Positions 1 through 12,200 of a stretch of 64,000 bases of DNA are shown in pieces. Source of the DNA: Heteronotia binoei (Eukaryota); assembly GCF_032191835.1 (NCBI RefSeq), contig NW_026800101.1, positions 124,001 to 188,000 on the forward strand. Direction: 5' to 3'. Within the stretch, counting starts at the first letter, position 1, and each line of letters starts with the position of its first letter. The position numbers were made by a program, and so were the translations under genes. Under the pieces are notes generated by a model, which saw only the letters and a program-made list of their open reading frames with translations, had not been told where the DNA came from and searched no databases.

Positions 1-62
1 GCTTAGAAAAAAGCCTCTAACCCCCTAAAAGAAAGGATTCAAACATCCAAACTGCTTCCTAC

Positions 63-259
63 CTTAAGGATACAGGGTATGATGGGTCCAACGTAAGGTA
101 TAAACTTCTCCCCGAAGGTAATGGGCAAGTAGTTGAACATCATAATATAACCATCCCGGACATGCGGAGCAATGTCCACTTTGCTTGCTGTAGCCACAAT
201 TTCTGGCATCAGTTTCTCCAGTTTTTCTACCCCTAAGCCTGCCATGACTTCAGCCAGAC
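63..259 (-). CDS. GCN1: GCN1 exon 41
   Basis: [37 protein letters not shown]...[10 protein letters not shown]; tag/gtagga. Confidence 0.97.
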
Positions 260-3200
260 CTATATTGGTAGAAGGAGAGGAGATGGAAACAGTTCAGTGT
301 TATAAAGATGAAGTTATTATAATCAGGGCTGCATGTGTGTTATGTTCCCACAGAAAAGCTGCAGAACGTAGTACTACCCGGAGAATCCAGCTTCCTAACT
401 ACCTCAACTTTTATCTCTTTAATATGCATTTCTTTTAGCGTGGACCTCTTGTGGCTTTGATAATTATTCATCATTCCTATGGCACATTTCAATTAAGAAG
501 TATTTGGTAACCTTTACTGAATTAACCTCCGAACAATCTTGAGAGGTCGGGCGATGTATATGGAACACCAAGGCAATTGGTTTCTTGCCCCAGGCTGCCT
601 GGCATGCTCATGGTCCATTACTGACTCTCTCGCACCTCAATTCAGTACTTAACCAAGAAGACAGCGCGAGTCCCTATCATCCCATGCACAATCTGCCAGA
701 CGACGTGAAGGGAAAAGGAGAAGAGAACTCCAGCATTGCACAAAGCCAGTCATTCTTACCTTGTGCAGCACCAGATCGATCCACCGAGCTCTGCTCATAG
801 GTCAGGGTCTCCATCAACCAAGGCAGCAAGTCCTCAAAGCAGGACTCACCCATCCCCTTCACCATAGCGCCCAGTGCCTTTGCAGATACCGTGCGCACCT
901 GCAGATTCAAAGAAAGGGGTAATGAGAACTGGAGAGAAGCAAGGAGCCAATAACTCAATGGCAAGCATGCCTTTTGCCCGCACAAGGTTCAACGGCTGCC
1001 GTAAGGCTGGGATTCTGGAGAGCTGCTGCCATTCAGAATTGATAGCCCTCCTGAGGAAGATGGGCTGAGAGTTCCTCCTTGGTGCTGCTGGCTCAGTCGG
1101 TAAAGCACACAGTTTGTATGCAGATGGTCCCAGGTTCATTCCTAGCACCTCCAATTAACAGGATCTAGGGGAGGGAACTTGTGGGCCTGTCAGAATAAGC
1201 AATGCTGTGGTAAATGAGCCACTATTCTGACTCGCTGTAAGGCAGCTTCAGAGGTCTAACAGTAGACTTGTCAGGGAGACATACCTCAGGCACCGGGTCC
1301 AACAAAGACGCTTTCAGTCCAGGAGTCACACTGGGCAAATAAGGAGCCAGATCCTGAAACGTGATAATGGGTGAGTTGGAACAATTGCGTGGGGAAAAAC
1401 TGGACAGGGAAGCAAGGTGGTTGTACCATAAAAAGAAACGCTTGGGGACAGCTCTGAAACAAAATGCATCTGCTGAAGACTCACTCTCAGTTCACTCCCA
1501 CTGGGTACCACCACCTCCCCAATGCCTATGTGAAGTATGATAAAGGGAAAGGGCAGCAGGTAAGCCTGCCATCCTTGGAGCATGACAGGTCAAAGTTGTG
1601 AAACTGCAATTGACAACCCCCCATGCTAGCTTGAAGGAGTGATGTGATCTGCTGCAGCTATGAGGCAGAACCTTTAAATGGCAACAAAGGGACAGAGTAC
1701 AAGACAGGCAACTCTGCTTAGCAGGAGATACTCCCAGAGAGAACTAACCCAGGAGAACTGTTGCCAGGCTGAGCAGACAATGCTAACCTTAATGGACGAA
1801 GGGCCTGGTTCAGTAAAAAGCAGCTTCATGAGTGTTTATGGGTGTGTTCATAATGTACTATATTCCCAGTATGGTACATTACAGTTCCTTAACTGGATCT
1901 GCCTGCCCTTCTACAAGGAGCCTACAGCGGAAGAGTCTGTCCTCAGCAGCATACCTTCTGATCCGTCAGTGAATACATATTCCCAATTATCTGGGCTGCC
2001 ATCTTCCTGGTGTCGGTGGAACGATCTTGGAAAGCTCTCTGGACAATCGGCATGATGAGGGCTAGAGAAGGCGCATCGATGAAATGGACAAATTTGGTGT
2101 CCAGCAGAGTCTGCAGACACTTCTGAGTCTTCCTGGAGGGATCCGTCAAGGCATCCAGGAGAACCGGCGCAATTGCTGAGGGTTGGGAAGGAGATGGAAC
2201 AAGGTCACCGAAAGAGGCCACTGTTGTGCTAACTGCAATGGGATCCCTCTTGATAAAAGGTCTCTCCCACTATGAGAACGACCGTCTTGGATCAGATCAA
2301 CAATCCATCACGTCTATCATCCTCTTGCAAACAAAGACCAGCAAGATGTCTCTGAGTACTCAGAAACTAGGACCGATTCCACACTTAGCGCTTGCCTCCC
2401 TTCTGTGTGTGAGAGCCAGTTTGGTGTAGTGGTTTAGTGTGTGGACTCTTATCTGGGAGAACCAGGTTTGATTCCCCACTCCTCCACTTGCACCTGCTGG
2501 AATGGTCTTGGGTTAGACATAGCTATCGCAGGAGTTGTCCTTGAAAGGGCAGCTGCTGTGAGAGCCCTCTCAGCCCCACCCACCTCACAGGGTGTCTGTT
2601 GTGGGGGAGGAAAGTAAAGGAGATTGTGAGCTGCTCTGAGACTCTTTGGAGTGGAGGGCGGGATATAAATCCAATATCTTCTTCTTCTTCTTCTCTTTTT
2701 CCTGGATTCTGCATTGGCAACTCTGGAGCGGGGCTGCATGCTCCCTGCTTGCTCCCTGTCCCGTGCAAACTCGAGAGCCAAGAACAAGACTTAGACAAAG
2801 GCTAATGTGGAATCAGTGTAGGTTCATCCCTCGAGGAGGCTAACCTGGTATGCGTAAGGGTCACAACTAAATAAATTTGATTGTACCATTGGCTTCTTAC
2901 CCATTTTTTCTTGCTCATGAACAGGACATAAAAGTCCACCCCACTGAGCAGCTGGTATTCAAAAGTATACTATCTCGGAACACAGATGTTCTAGTTAGGC
3001 ATCATGACTGGCAGCCACTGATAGAATTACATTCACAGAGAACAGATCTTTTCCAAAAGCTGTTCAAGCTAGTAGCCCTCACCATGCCTCATTACAGCAA
3101 ACTCCACAGTTCTGCATGATGTGAGGTTCTTTCTTTTGTCAGCCCTAAACCTACTGATGGCAGCAAGACACAACGCAACCATCTCCTCAAAAACCTACAA

Positions 3201-6200
3201 CAGGGGGAACCCACCGGGGACTCAAATTGGAGGCCCCAGAATTGCTTCTTCCTAGCTTGCTACACCTTCAAGCCCCAAATGGCACACACAGTCCCAGTGT
3301 CTGGCTCCCCATCCATCCTTATCTGCAGTATGTGCTTATGTTCTACCCACCTATTTTGGACATAAAAATCCACAGATATTTACTCCAGCCTAATCAAATG
3401 GTTCTGGGGTGTGCCCAGAGATTCCAAAGCTCATGGAAAGGCCCTGTGCTCTCCATGTTTCAATGTTATTATTACACTTATGAGTGGAAATGCTGATGCC
3501 CTTGGTCTGAAATATTCTGCATGACAGATGCTTACCTAAAATCTCAGGATTTCTGATAACCGACCCAATCTGCCGGAGCGCCTGCTGCCCTGCCTTCTGG
3601 ACCTTCACGTGGGAGTCTGTGAGGACTTCGGTGAGTTTTGGCACAATGTTTGGCAAACAGGACGAGAGCTGCTTGGGAGCGCAGTAGGCCATGGCCCCCA
3701 GCAATTCCACAGAGCCTGAGGGAGGCAGGAAGTAGGACATTAGCAAACAACTCACTGGAGCAAAGGTAAAAGTCAACTAACTCAGAAGGTTTGGGTGACA
3801 TTAACTCAGAAGGTTTGTGGACTGTGAGGCTGGGAGTTCTTAAAGTAGAAAGTCAACTGCATCTGACAGGAAAAGAAAGTTCGTACAGAACTGACAGGAT
3901 TCTCCATTCGCAGGACTGTTTAAGCCTCCTAACTCTTCTTTGCAGGAATAAGACAGATAAAATAAATGTCATGCATTTCAGAAAACACAATTCCAAGGTT
4001 GTTAATCTGCCACCTGTGTGACAGTCTGTGGTGAAGAAGATGACCCTCCAGCAACTAAGCACAGAAACCTGACAACAGCAGGGGGTTTATTTCTTTTAAT
4101 CCATCAATAACTAACTATAGCCATGCACAAAGACAGCTAATGCATTTTTTGTAGGCTGGTAATTTCAGTGGACTTCTTCTCAGTGCTGTGCAAGCTCTGG
4201 AGTTATGGAGAGTTATGCAGAAAATAGGAAAGAGATTTAAGAAAACAAGTTGCACATACACAAACTTCTTTCCACCCAGCCATTGAGCAGAACCTTTTTT
4301 GCAAACATTGTTTAAAAATCTAAATTGTTTCTGCTACAAGGACTAGAAACTTATTTTATCTCGCACACGGACAAATGCACACAGAGAACCTTTGACTCCA
4401 AGCCTGTTTCCCCAATTCCACACTGCAGAGGCACAAATTCCCAGCCTGTTGGCAGCATGAAGCACAAAAGAAAGCAGTTTCCAGATAAAGCCTGGCTGAA
4501 GAGGTCAGCCCTCTTGACAACAAGTCAAGGACATCTGACCAAAGATCATACCAGCTTTGGTTCTCCAGGACTCCTCCTCTAGAGCAGCCAACAATGATGG
4601 CAGGACCAGCTTCACACCATGGGCACTCAAGTTGCTCATCACTGCTTTGGCACAGTCGTCTGCAGCCTGGAGGAACAGAAGACTGGGTTTAGGATCTGCC
4701 TTCCATTTTTGTCACGATCCAACCGTCAAACATAATTCTAACTTGCATTGGAGCAGGATGAGGCTGGCTTCTAGCAATGGCAGTATAAGTGCAGAGGTGG
4801 TGCAGGGGAAGGGGAGTGAGGATGAAAACCACAGCCACAGACTCAAGGATAAGAACAGTAACAGTCATGAGTATTCACTCTCATCAGGAGTCAGACTGGA
4901 TCCTGCTGCTCCCACCCCATTAGGCAGGAACACTCTGGGGTTTTTTGGTGGTGGTGTTGTTCAGGGAGTTTTTTTGTATCTTTGTATTTCTGTGTGCGTG
5001 CATGTGTGTGCACACCTGGAAGCCATGGCGATCTCTTGCAATTGATCCCTATTTGGGGGCATGGAGGCTATTCAGAGAGGTGGTTGAAAAAAGTCTGCCC
5101 CTGCCTCCAGCTCTGGTATTCTAAGGAGCCAGGGTCAGCCCTGCTTAGCTTCCAAGATCTGATGGGATTGGGCTTGCCTGGGCTATCCAGGTCAGGGCTG
5201 ATCACTCTGGTTTTTGAAAGTGTTTTATTCTTCTACTGGCAAAAGAAGCTAATCAAACTTGGGTCTCCTAGATCTTAGTGCAATACACTAATCGGTACAC
5301 AGTGTTGCATACTGTCTGACAGGTCCTGCTCCCTGGCCATGGAGCAACGTAATACCAGGGAGAGGGAGAAACGGGAAGATCCATGGAAAGAAAAGGCAGA
5401 TTTTGCAAGAGATGCTTATGACCCAATGCATGCAAAGCAGGTGGTCTAGCACTGATCTGTGTTCCACCCCATTCTCAATTATGACCCCTTTCCTTTCAGT
5501 AGCAGGAAGCCTATCCTTCTCACTCGGATTCCATGCCATGGAAAAGCAGGTGGAAAGGTTACAGCTCTTTGTCAAACTGCCTGCCTGCTTTCTTGGGAAC
5601 ACCATGCCCCTTACCTCTCGGACGTATTGATTTCCATCTCCAAAGCAGAGCAGCAAGTGGGGTAACACGTGAACCACATAGGGCTCAAAGAGCTTCCCGA
5701 GCATGATGCAGAGCATCTCAAAAGCAAACAAGGCCCCTAATGAGAGACAGAACAGTCAACAAGGACAACATATCAGCCAGCCCGCAGCTGAATCATTTGT
5801 CTATGCTAATTCTCAGATACTGAACCAGCACACAGCTAATTGAAGGAACACACCCTTAATAATTAAGAGCAATGTAAACTCGACTTGAGTCCTCTGGAGT
5901 CAAGCTGCAACCTGACGTCCATAGGCTATGTTCAAATTGCAGCATCTCAGCAGCAGAACCAAGACAAAGTCAGGGATAGCTGCTTTATACCTTCGCTGGA
6001 AGCAATGCAGCTATAAATGGCCATATTCAAACTTGCAGCGCCTATCGGGCTGCACTAACAGTACCCCTGGTCTAAGCTATGTAAACAGAGCAGCCCAGGT
6101 TGAGGAGAAAAGCATGCTCAACTCACCTTCTCGCCGCCGGAAGTTCTTCTTATCCTGGATGGCATCGGTCAGAGTGGCCATCATTTCCTGCTGCTTCAGG

Positions 6201-9200
6201 GAGAGGATGCCGAGGCCTTTTACCAGGCCGGCTAGCCCATAGGCGGCCCCTTTCCTTTCAGCGTACTTATCTGATTCCAGCAGCAGCTGCATCAGTTTCT
6301 GGATCATTCCTCCCGCATCTTCTTTGATTGCAGGCACAAGAGGTGGAAGGCAGCCGGCCACAGACTCCTGAACCTATGAGAAGTAGCCCTTGATAGGTCA
6401 CTGGATGTATGCCAACTGACGTAATGCAAAGCTCTGATCTCTACACTCCTAGTAGCTGCAAAAATGGTGATTGCTTTTCATTGGAAACGTCCTGGTCCTC
6501 TCCAATTAAAATCTTGGTATGCAAAAATCTGGGAAATCTATGCAATGGACACAATCTCTGATTATGTCACCTCTACAGTAAATTCTAATTCCTCGAATAA
6601 CCTACTATATAAATGGCTTCCCTTCTCTTCCTAGAGAGCCACTATGGTGTAGTGGTTAAGTGTGCCGACTCTTATTTGGAAGAACCGGGTTTGATTCCCC
6701 ACTCCTCCACTTGCACCTGCTGGAATGGCCTTGGGTCAGCCATAGCTATCGCAGGAATTGTCCTTGAAAGGGCAGCTGCTGGGAGAGCCCTCTCAGCCCC
6801 ACTCACCTCACAGGGTGTCTGTTGTGGGGGGAGATGACATAGGAGACTGTAAGCCGCTCTGAGTCTCTGATTCAGGGAGAAGGGCGGGGTATAAATCTGC
6901 AATTCTTCTTCTTCTTCCTTGAAGCCTTTTACTATCAGCAGTGTATGGCTAGCTCATTTATTCCTAGTCAGTTTTGTGATGTTATTAACTGCATGTGAAA
7001 TGTGGTAATAGTTTAAATATTAGTTACATTCTTTGTTAATTGTAATTAAGTCCTTAATATCTACTTATATGCTTAATTTATTTCATTTTATACAGCTCTA
7101 TGTCTGTAATCTGCCTTTTTAGCTCAATGGGACGGTGGCTCAGTGGTAGAACATCTGCTTGGGAAGCAGAAGGTCCCACGTTCAATCCCTGGCATCTCCA
7201 AAAAAGGGTCCAGGCAAACAGGTGTGAAAAACCTCAGCTTGAGACCCTGGAGAATCGCTGCCTGGAGAATCGCTGAGAAGGCAATACTGACTTTGATGGA
7301 CCAAAGGTCTGATTCAGTATAAGGCAGCTTCATATGTTCATGTTCAATGCTGCATTTGTTGACATTTACTGTTTTTTATTAATTTCAAACAAAAGTTAAA
7401 ATTAAAAAAATGAACTTCTGATAACTGAAGAATATTATTCCAACACGAATCTCTCCTAATCACATAAGTAGCAGTTCACTGCTCAGTTATCTACATCAAA
7501 CAGATCTCCAATAGGGTCACACTTCTTTTCTTTTTAAAAAAAAAGTAAAGATGTTTTGACAATTGCTCAGTCTTAAAATATAAAAATGGATTACTGTTTA
7601 TTGTAAAGGGAAGGTGTTTGTTCCTGTTGGGTCTCTTAGACTTGTGCAATTTTCCGTCCAACTAAAATCTTCCAGAAGGAAAAGTATAAAATACATATAG
7701 TTATTACTGCCTTAACTGTTTTGGTAAATGAGTTTTCATCCTCCTGAGAGCATTAAGAAGACAAGTGCGCCCTCAAGTGGCCAACTGTGGATATGCAGCA
7801 TTTCACTTTTCCCTGGTTTGGATCTAACAGGTTCCACTGCCATTTTAAAGAAACCCTCCAAATTAAAACACACAACAACCCTTTTTACTAAAGGAGAATA
7901 CTTGAAGCATGACATAGCACCAATCTGAAAGGAAGTTTTACATGTTTTTTACTCCTTCCCCTTGGGGTCTGTTCTAAGCCCTGCTGTGCAGAGGAGGAAG
8001 GGCTAGAAATCAAATAAATAAATAAACCCAGCTAACTTCACAAATAGGCTGCCTTTCCCCAAATTTGCCAAAAAATCTACACAGCAAACCTCCAAGACCC
8101 CTAAGAAATACAGCTGCATCCTGGTTTTAATACTCCAGTTCAAACTCTGTATGATCCCAGTGCATACTTGTCTACCAATTTCATTATGCCCATCTATGGA
8201 ACATGAATTATTACTGCCATTACTTGTTCTTTGTCTATTGTTGGACTTTTGCTTTCTTCAGGTTGTATGTGTACTGTGATACATTACTGTTATTATTTAC
8301 AAAATTTGTAGATAAATAGTATTATATATAAAGTGCCCTAAAAGGTAAAGGTAATCCCCTGTGCAAGCACCAGTCATTTCCAACTCTGGGGTGACATTGC
8401 TTTCACAATGTTTTAATGGCAGACTTTTTTACGGGGTGGTTTGCCATTGCCTTCCCCAGTCATTTACATTTTACCCCCAGCAAGCTGGGTGCTCATTTCA
8501 CCGACCTTGGAAGGATGGAAGGCTGAGTCAACCTTGAGCTGGCTACCTGAACCCAGCTTCCGCTGGGATCGAACTCAGGTTGTGAGCAGAACTTGGACTG
8601 CAGTACGGCAGCTGTACCACTCTGTGCCACAGGGCTCTAGAAAATGCCCTACTGAACCACAATAAAATTCAGCCCACTGGGAAAACCATTTGAAACAGCC
8701 AAGAAAACTAAACCAAAGTAGGGCCAAAGCAACTTCTTTCCTTTAGGACAATGCCTCAATGGAGGAGCCATCAAAGGCAGACCTCTGCTATGCCTTAGTG
8801 CGGAAGGGAGGCAAAAGAGAAGGAAGGACTGCAGGGAATTTAAGTCTTTAAAAATAATAACAGGCACCACTGAAAAAACTGAGGCAGCAGATGCCCAATA
8901 CCATTTGGCCCCTCCTGCTCAACCCCCCCCCCCCCCACCTGGCTGGGAAATTGCTTTATTTCATTGTTACTGGCAGGGAATTCGTTTACCTGGGAACCCT
9001 TGGACCTGATTATACCCAAATATCTACAACTTTGACACAGACCAGGGATGTCATGTTTTTGTAGACAGCCATCTTTATTGCTTTGGATTGGATTCTTTAA
9101 AAAGTTTTAAGCTGATTATTGTTATAGTTTTTATGTTGTGATCCACCCTGAGCCCATTCGCAGGGAGGGCAGGATAGAAATTAAATAAATAAATGTTTCA

Positions 9201-12200
9201 AAATAACAGAACACTTTCGTAGGTGAGCGAGATTTTGCTTAGTATGCTCCCTACAATGGCTTCTTGTGTTTGTACTTGCAAGTTATTGCATGAAGTGGGG
9301 ACTTGTGCGTATTCTTCATGGGAAGGTCTTCAAATTTGTTCTGCCATTGTGGGAAGAAAGCAGAATACACTACCTGTTGGGATGGAGTGGAGAGTGCCGC
9401 TATCAGTTTGGCAACGATTGGTTTCACTTTAGGGTCGCTCTTGTCCAAATGTTTGGCCAGAGACCCCATCAGAATAACCACACTCTGCCTGACGGCATCA
9501 TAGCTGGCATCGTTCGGTGCGTTCTTCAGGAACTCTTCAAACACTGGCAGCAGGGAGTTAACACTGTCCTGAAAGTCGTCAAGATATTGTTACCCATGAC
9601 CAGAAGAAAACCCACTTAAGCACAGCTGGGTACTGGAGGTGGAGCCTCTAATCCACAATTAAATCTAAAATTACCCCACAGAAAAATCTGTTCTTTTGTA
9701 TTTCTGGGAAGGGGGGGGGCGACTATTCGAGAGACTATAATTGCAGGCATTGTTTCCTGCGCTCTCAATTGTTGCAATGGGAGGAGCACAATAAAAGTAC
9801 CACCAGAAGTAATTCTGAGGGCAGGGGGTCATGGCAGCAGAACAATCTTTTTGCATAAAGTCCCAGGTTCAATCCCTTCCGTCTCCAGTTGAAAAGAATA
9901 GTGGATGTTTGGAATGACAAACTTTTCTCTGCCAGAAAAAGGAATGCAGGTTTTTCTGGGAAGATTTTTCGGTTCAAACTGAAATAATGTTAGCAAAATT
10001 TAGGTAATATTAGCAAAAGAAGACAAACACACCACTTAGAAGCACTGGGTTTATCCATTTCCTATCCCATGCTTAACCCTTCTACCATGACTGATATGCA
10101 GCATAACAGATTGTATTTATATACATGAAGTGGAATTTTTTCCTTATGACCAAGCAAAGAGGTCAGTGTTATTCCAACAGTACAGATGGGAAACTGAGGC
10201 TGAGACAATAATGGCTTGTCATTACCAGACCACTTACCAAAGGCTAAGGTGAATCTGAAACTGGGACTTCCTGGTTCAGAGCTCCTGACTTCTACACCAT
10301 ACACGCTTGGGAATGTATTTTCTAAACACTTTTTAACGACCTGGGTTTCAACACTGCACTTCATTCCCTTCTCAGACATCTTATATCGAATAGTGACATG
10401 TGGGCCCATCTACAGATCAGGATTAGGCTCATTTACATAAAAGGAAATTTTTTCTACAAACTTGGGTAATGCCCCAGGACTGCAAAAAAATCTGAAAACC
10501 AGGAGGGAAAAAAAGATGAATGGACAAAACAGACAAGTTTACAGGGGAAAAAATCCAGGATCTTAAAAAAAAAAATACACAGGAGGGTTAAAAACTCAAA
10601 ACGATAGCAGCACCTGTAGCATTAAGAAAAAGATGCCCTCGGTGGCTATTGCTAGGCAACCACAACAGTTTTGCCAGCATTCCATTCTGTTACTAAAATG
10701 TAGGGAAAGAGAGGAGGGCCCTTTCAAGGCTCTTTTAGCCTTTGAGAAAGGACTCAGTGGGGGCCAGGCCCATCAGCAGCCACTGGGTGACTTGATACCA
10801 TGCAGTCTGCATAACTCACGCAGGTCCAGCTGCTTGCTATTGTGCAAAAGCAGTTGACGCACTAAAGCCAGAGTGTGGTGTAGTGGTTAAAGTTTCAAAC
10901 TGTGCTTTGGGAGACTCAGGTTTGAATTCCCACTCTACTGTGGAATCTCAATAGATGACCTTGAATCACTCACACATTCTCAGCCTAACCAACCTCACAG
11001 GGTTGTTGTGAGAATAAAATGCAGGAGAGGGAAATCATGTAAGCTGCTTTGGGTCCCAACTGTGGAGAAAGGTAGCATATAATTGAAGTAAATAATATAG
11101 TTGAAGATGGGGGGCAGATAAAAGGTGGATGAATTCAAAAGAGAGGAAAAAGCAGGGGAAAGTAAGGATATGGGAGTTGCTAGGAGGTGGGAAAGAGGAA
11201 AGTGGAGTAATGGTAGTCCTTGCAGGTTCCCCCCAGTGCAGAACTGGACCAGAGTTTCCAAGGGAAAGGCTGCTGGGGGAGGGAAGGAAGGAAAGCTCAA
11301 GGTAGGGAAGCAGATAAAGGTAGGTTGGCTGGTGGCTGGAAAGGAGAGACGCAAGCAGGAAAAGAGGAGAGGGGAATGGAATGGGGGCTTTCAGGAAAGG
11401 AAAAGAAAACAGAGCAGAATAGGGGAAACTGGATGGACCCCATAAGTCCTTGCAGGTCTCTCATTTGTACCTACTTGAATGCTAAACAAGAGCTCAAATC
11501 CAACTTGCCTTGCCATGGGTATTGAGCGCAGAGAGGGCTGCATCCAGCATGCATTTTCGGACCTCAGGATTGCGATCATTAAGGGCATCAGGGACAAAGA
11601 ACTGGAAAAGAGGCTTCACCTGTGAGCTATCCAGATGCTGAGAAAGTTTGTTCAGGGCCAAAGCAATGCCACACCTGTGAGGATGACATGCTAGTTATTA
11701 TAATTTCATCTCACACTATATTTTTTTTAGAGAAGAGAAAGCTTGGAATGTTTTGTTTAGATTAAGAGTGTCAGAATTTAAACAGGGAGTACCTGGCTTC
11801 CCACTGGTCAGGTGGAGATTCCGATATCACACGTCCAAGAGCATCCAGAACTGGAGGGGGCCTCTGGTGAGAGAGAAAGAGGTAGAAGTCCATCAGTGGG
11901 GGGAACTGCTCAGGCACCATGTGAGGCAGAAACAGCAGTTTCCATCTGCACAGGTAACGTTATTCCTTGGAACTTACATAGAGTTTCTCCTGATAAATCT
12001 CCATCAGTTTGGTCATGACTTCCCTGGTTTGGCTTCGGTACTGTTCAACGCCCTTGGAAAGCGCCTCGGCACCTGCCTGCCGCACGGCTTCCTCGTAGTG
12101 GATGACATCTTTAATCAGCACCGAACAGATATCCGGCTGCAGCTCCAGCCCCATCGACTCCCACAGCCTGCAAGTAACCAAGGAAGTGAAATGGCCATCC

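Noticed and set aside
323-474. Box C/D snoRNA in GCN1 intron 40 (ATGATGA...CTGA, D box ~65 nt from the acceptor)
   Set aside because: No convincing terminal stem, no C'/D' boxes and no recognisable rRNA antisense element; such motifs arise by chance.
4557-5045. 162-aa plus-strand ORF (longest-class ORFs such as 11753-12265 behave similarly)
   Set aside because: Antisense shadow of GCN1 exons running into introns or repeats, with a non-ATG start and no homology I recognise.
7129-7200. tRNA gene
   Set aside because: The tRNA-like head continues into a SINE body and CR1-type tail repeated at 17028, 34392 and elsewhere. It is a SINE, not a tRNA.
11125-11445. K/G/E-rich 106-aa ORF
   Set aside because: A by-product of a purine-rich low-complexity tract in GCN1 intron 32.
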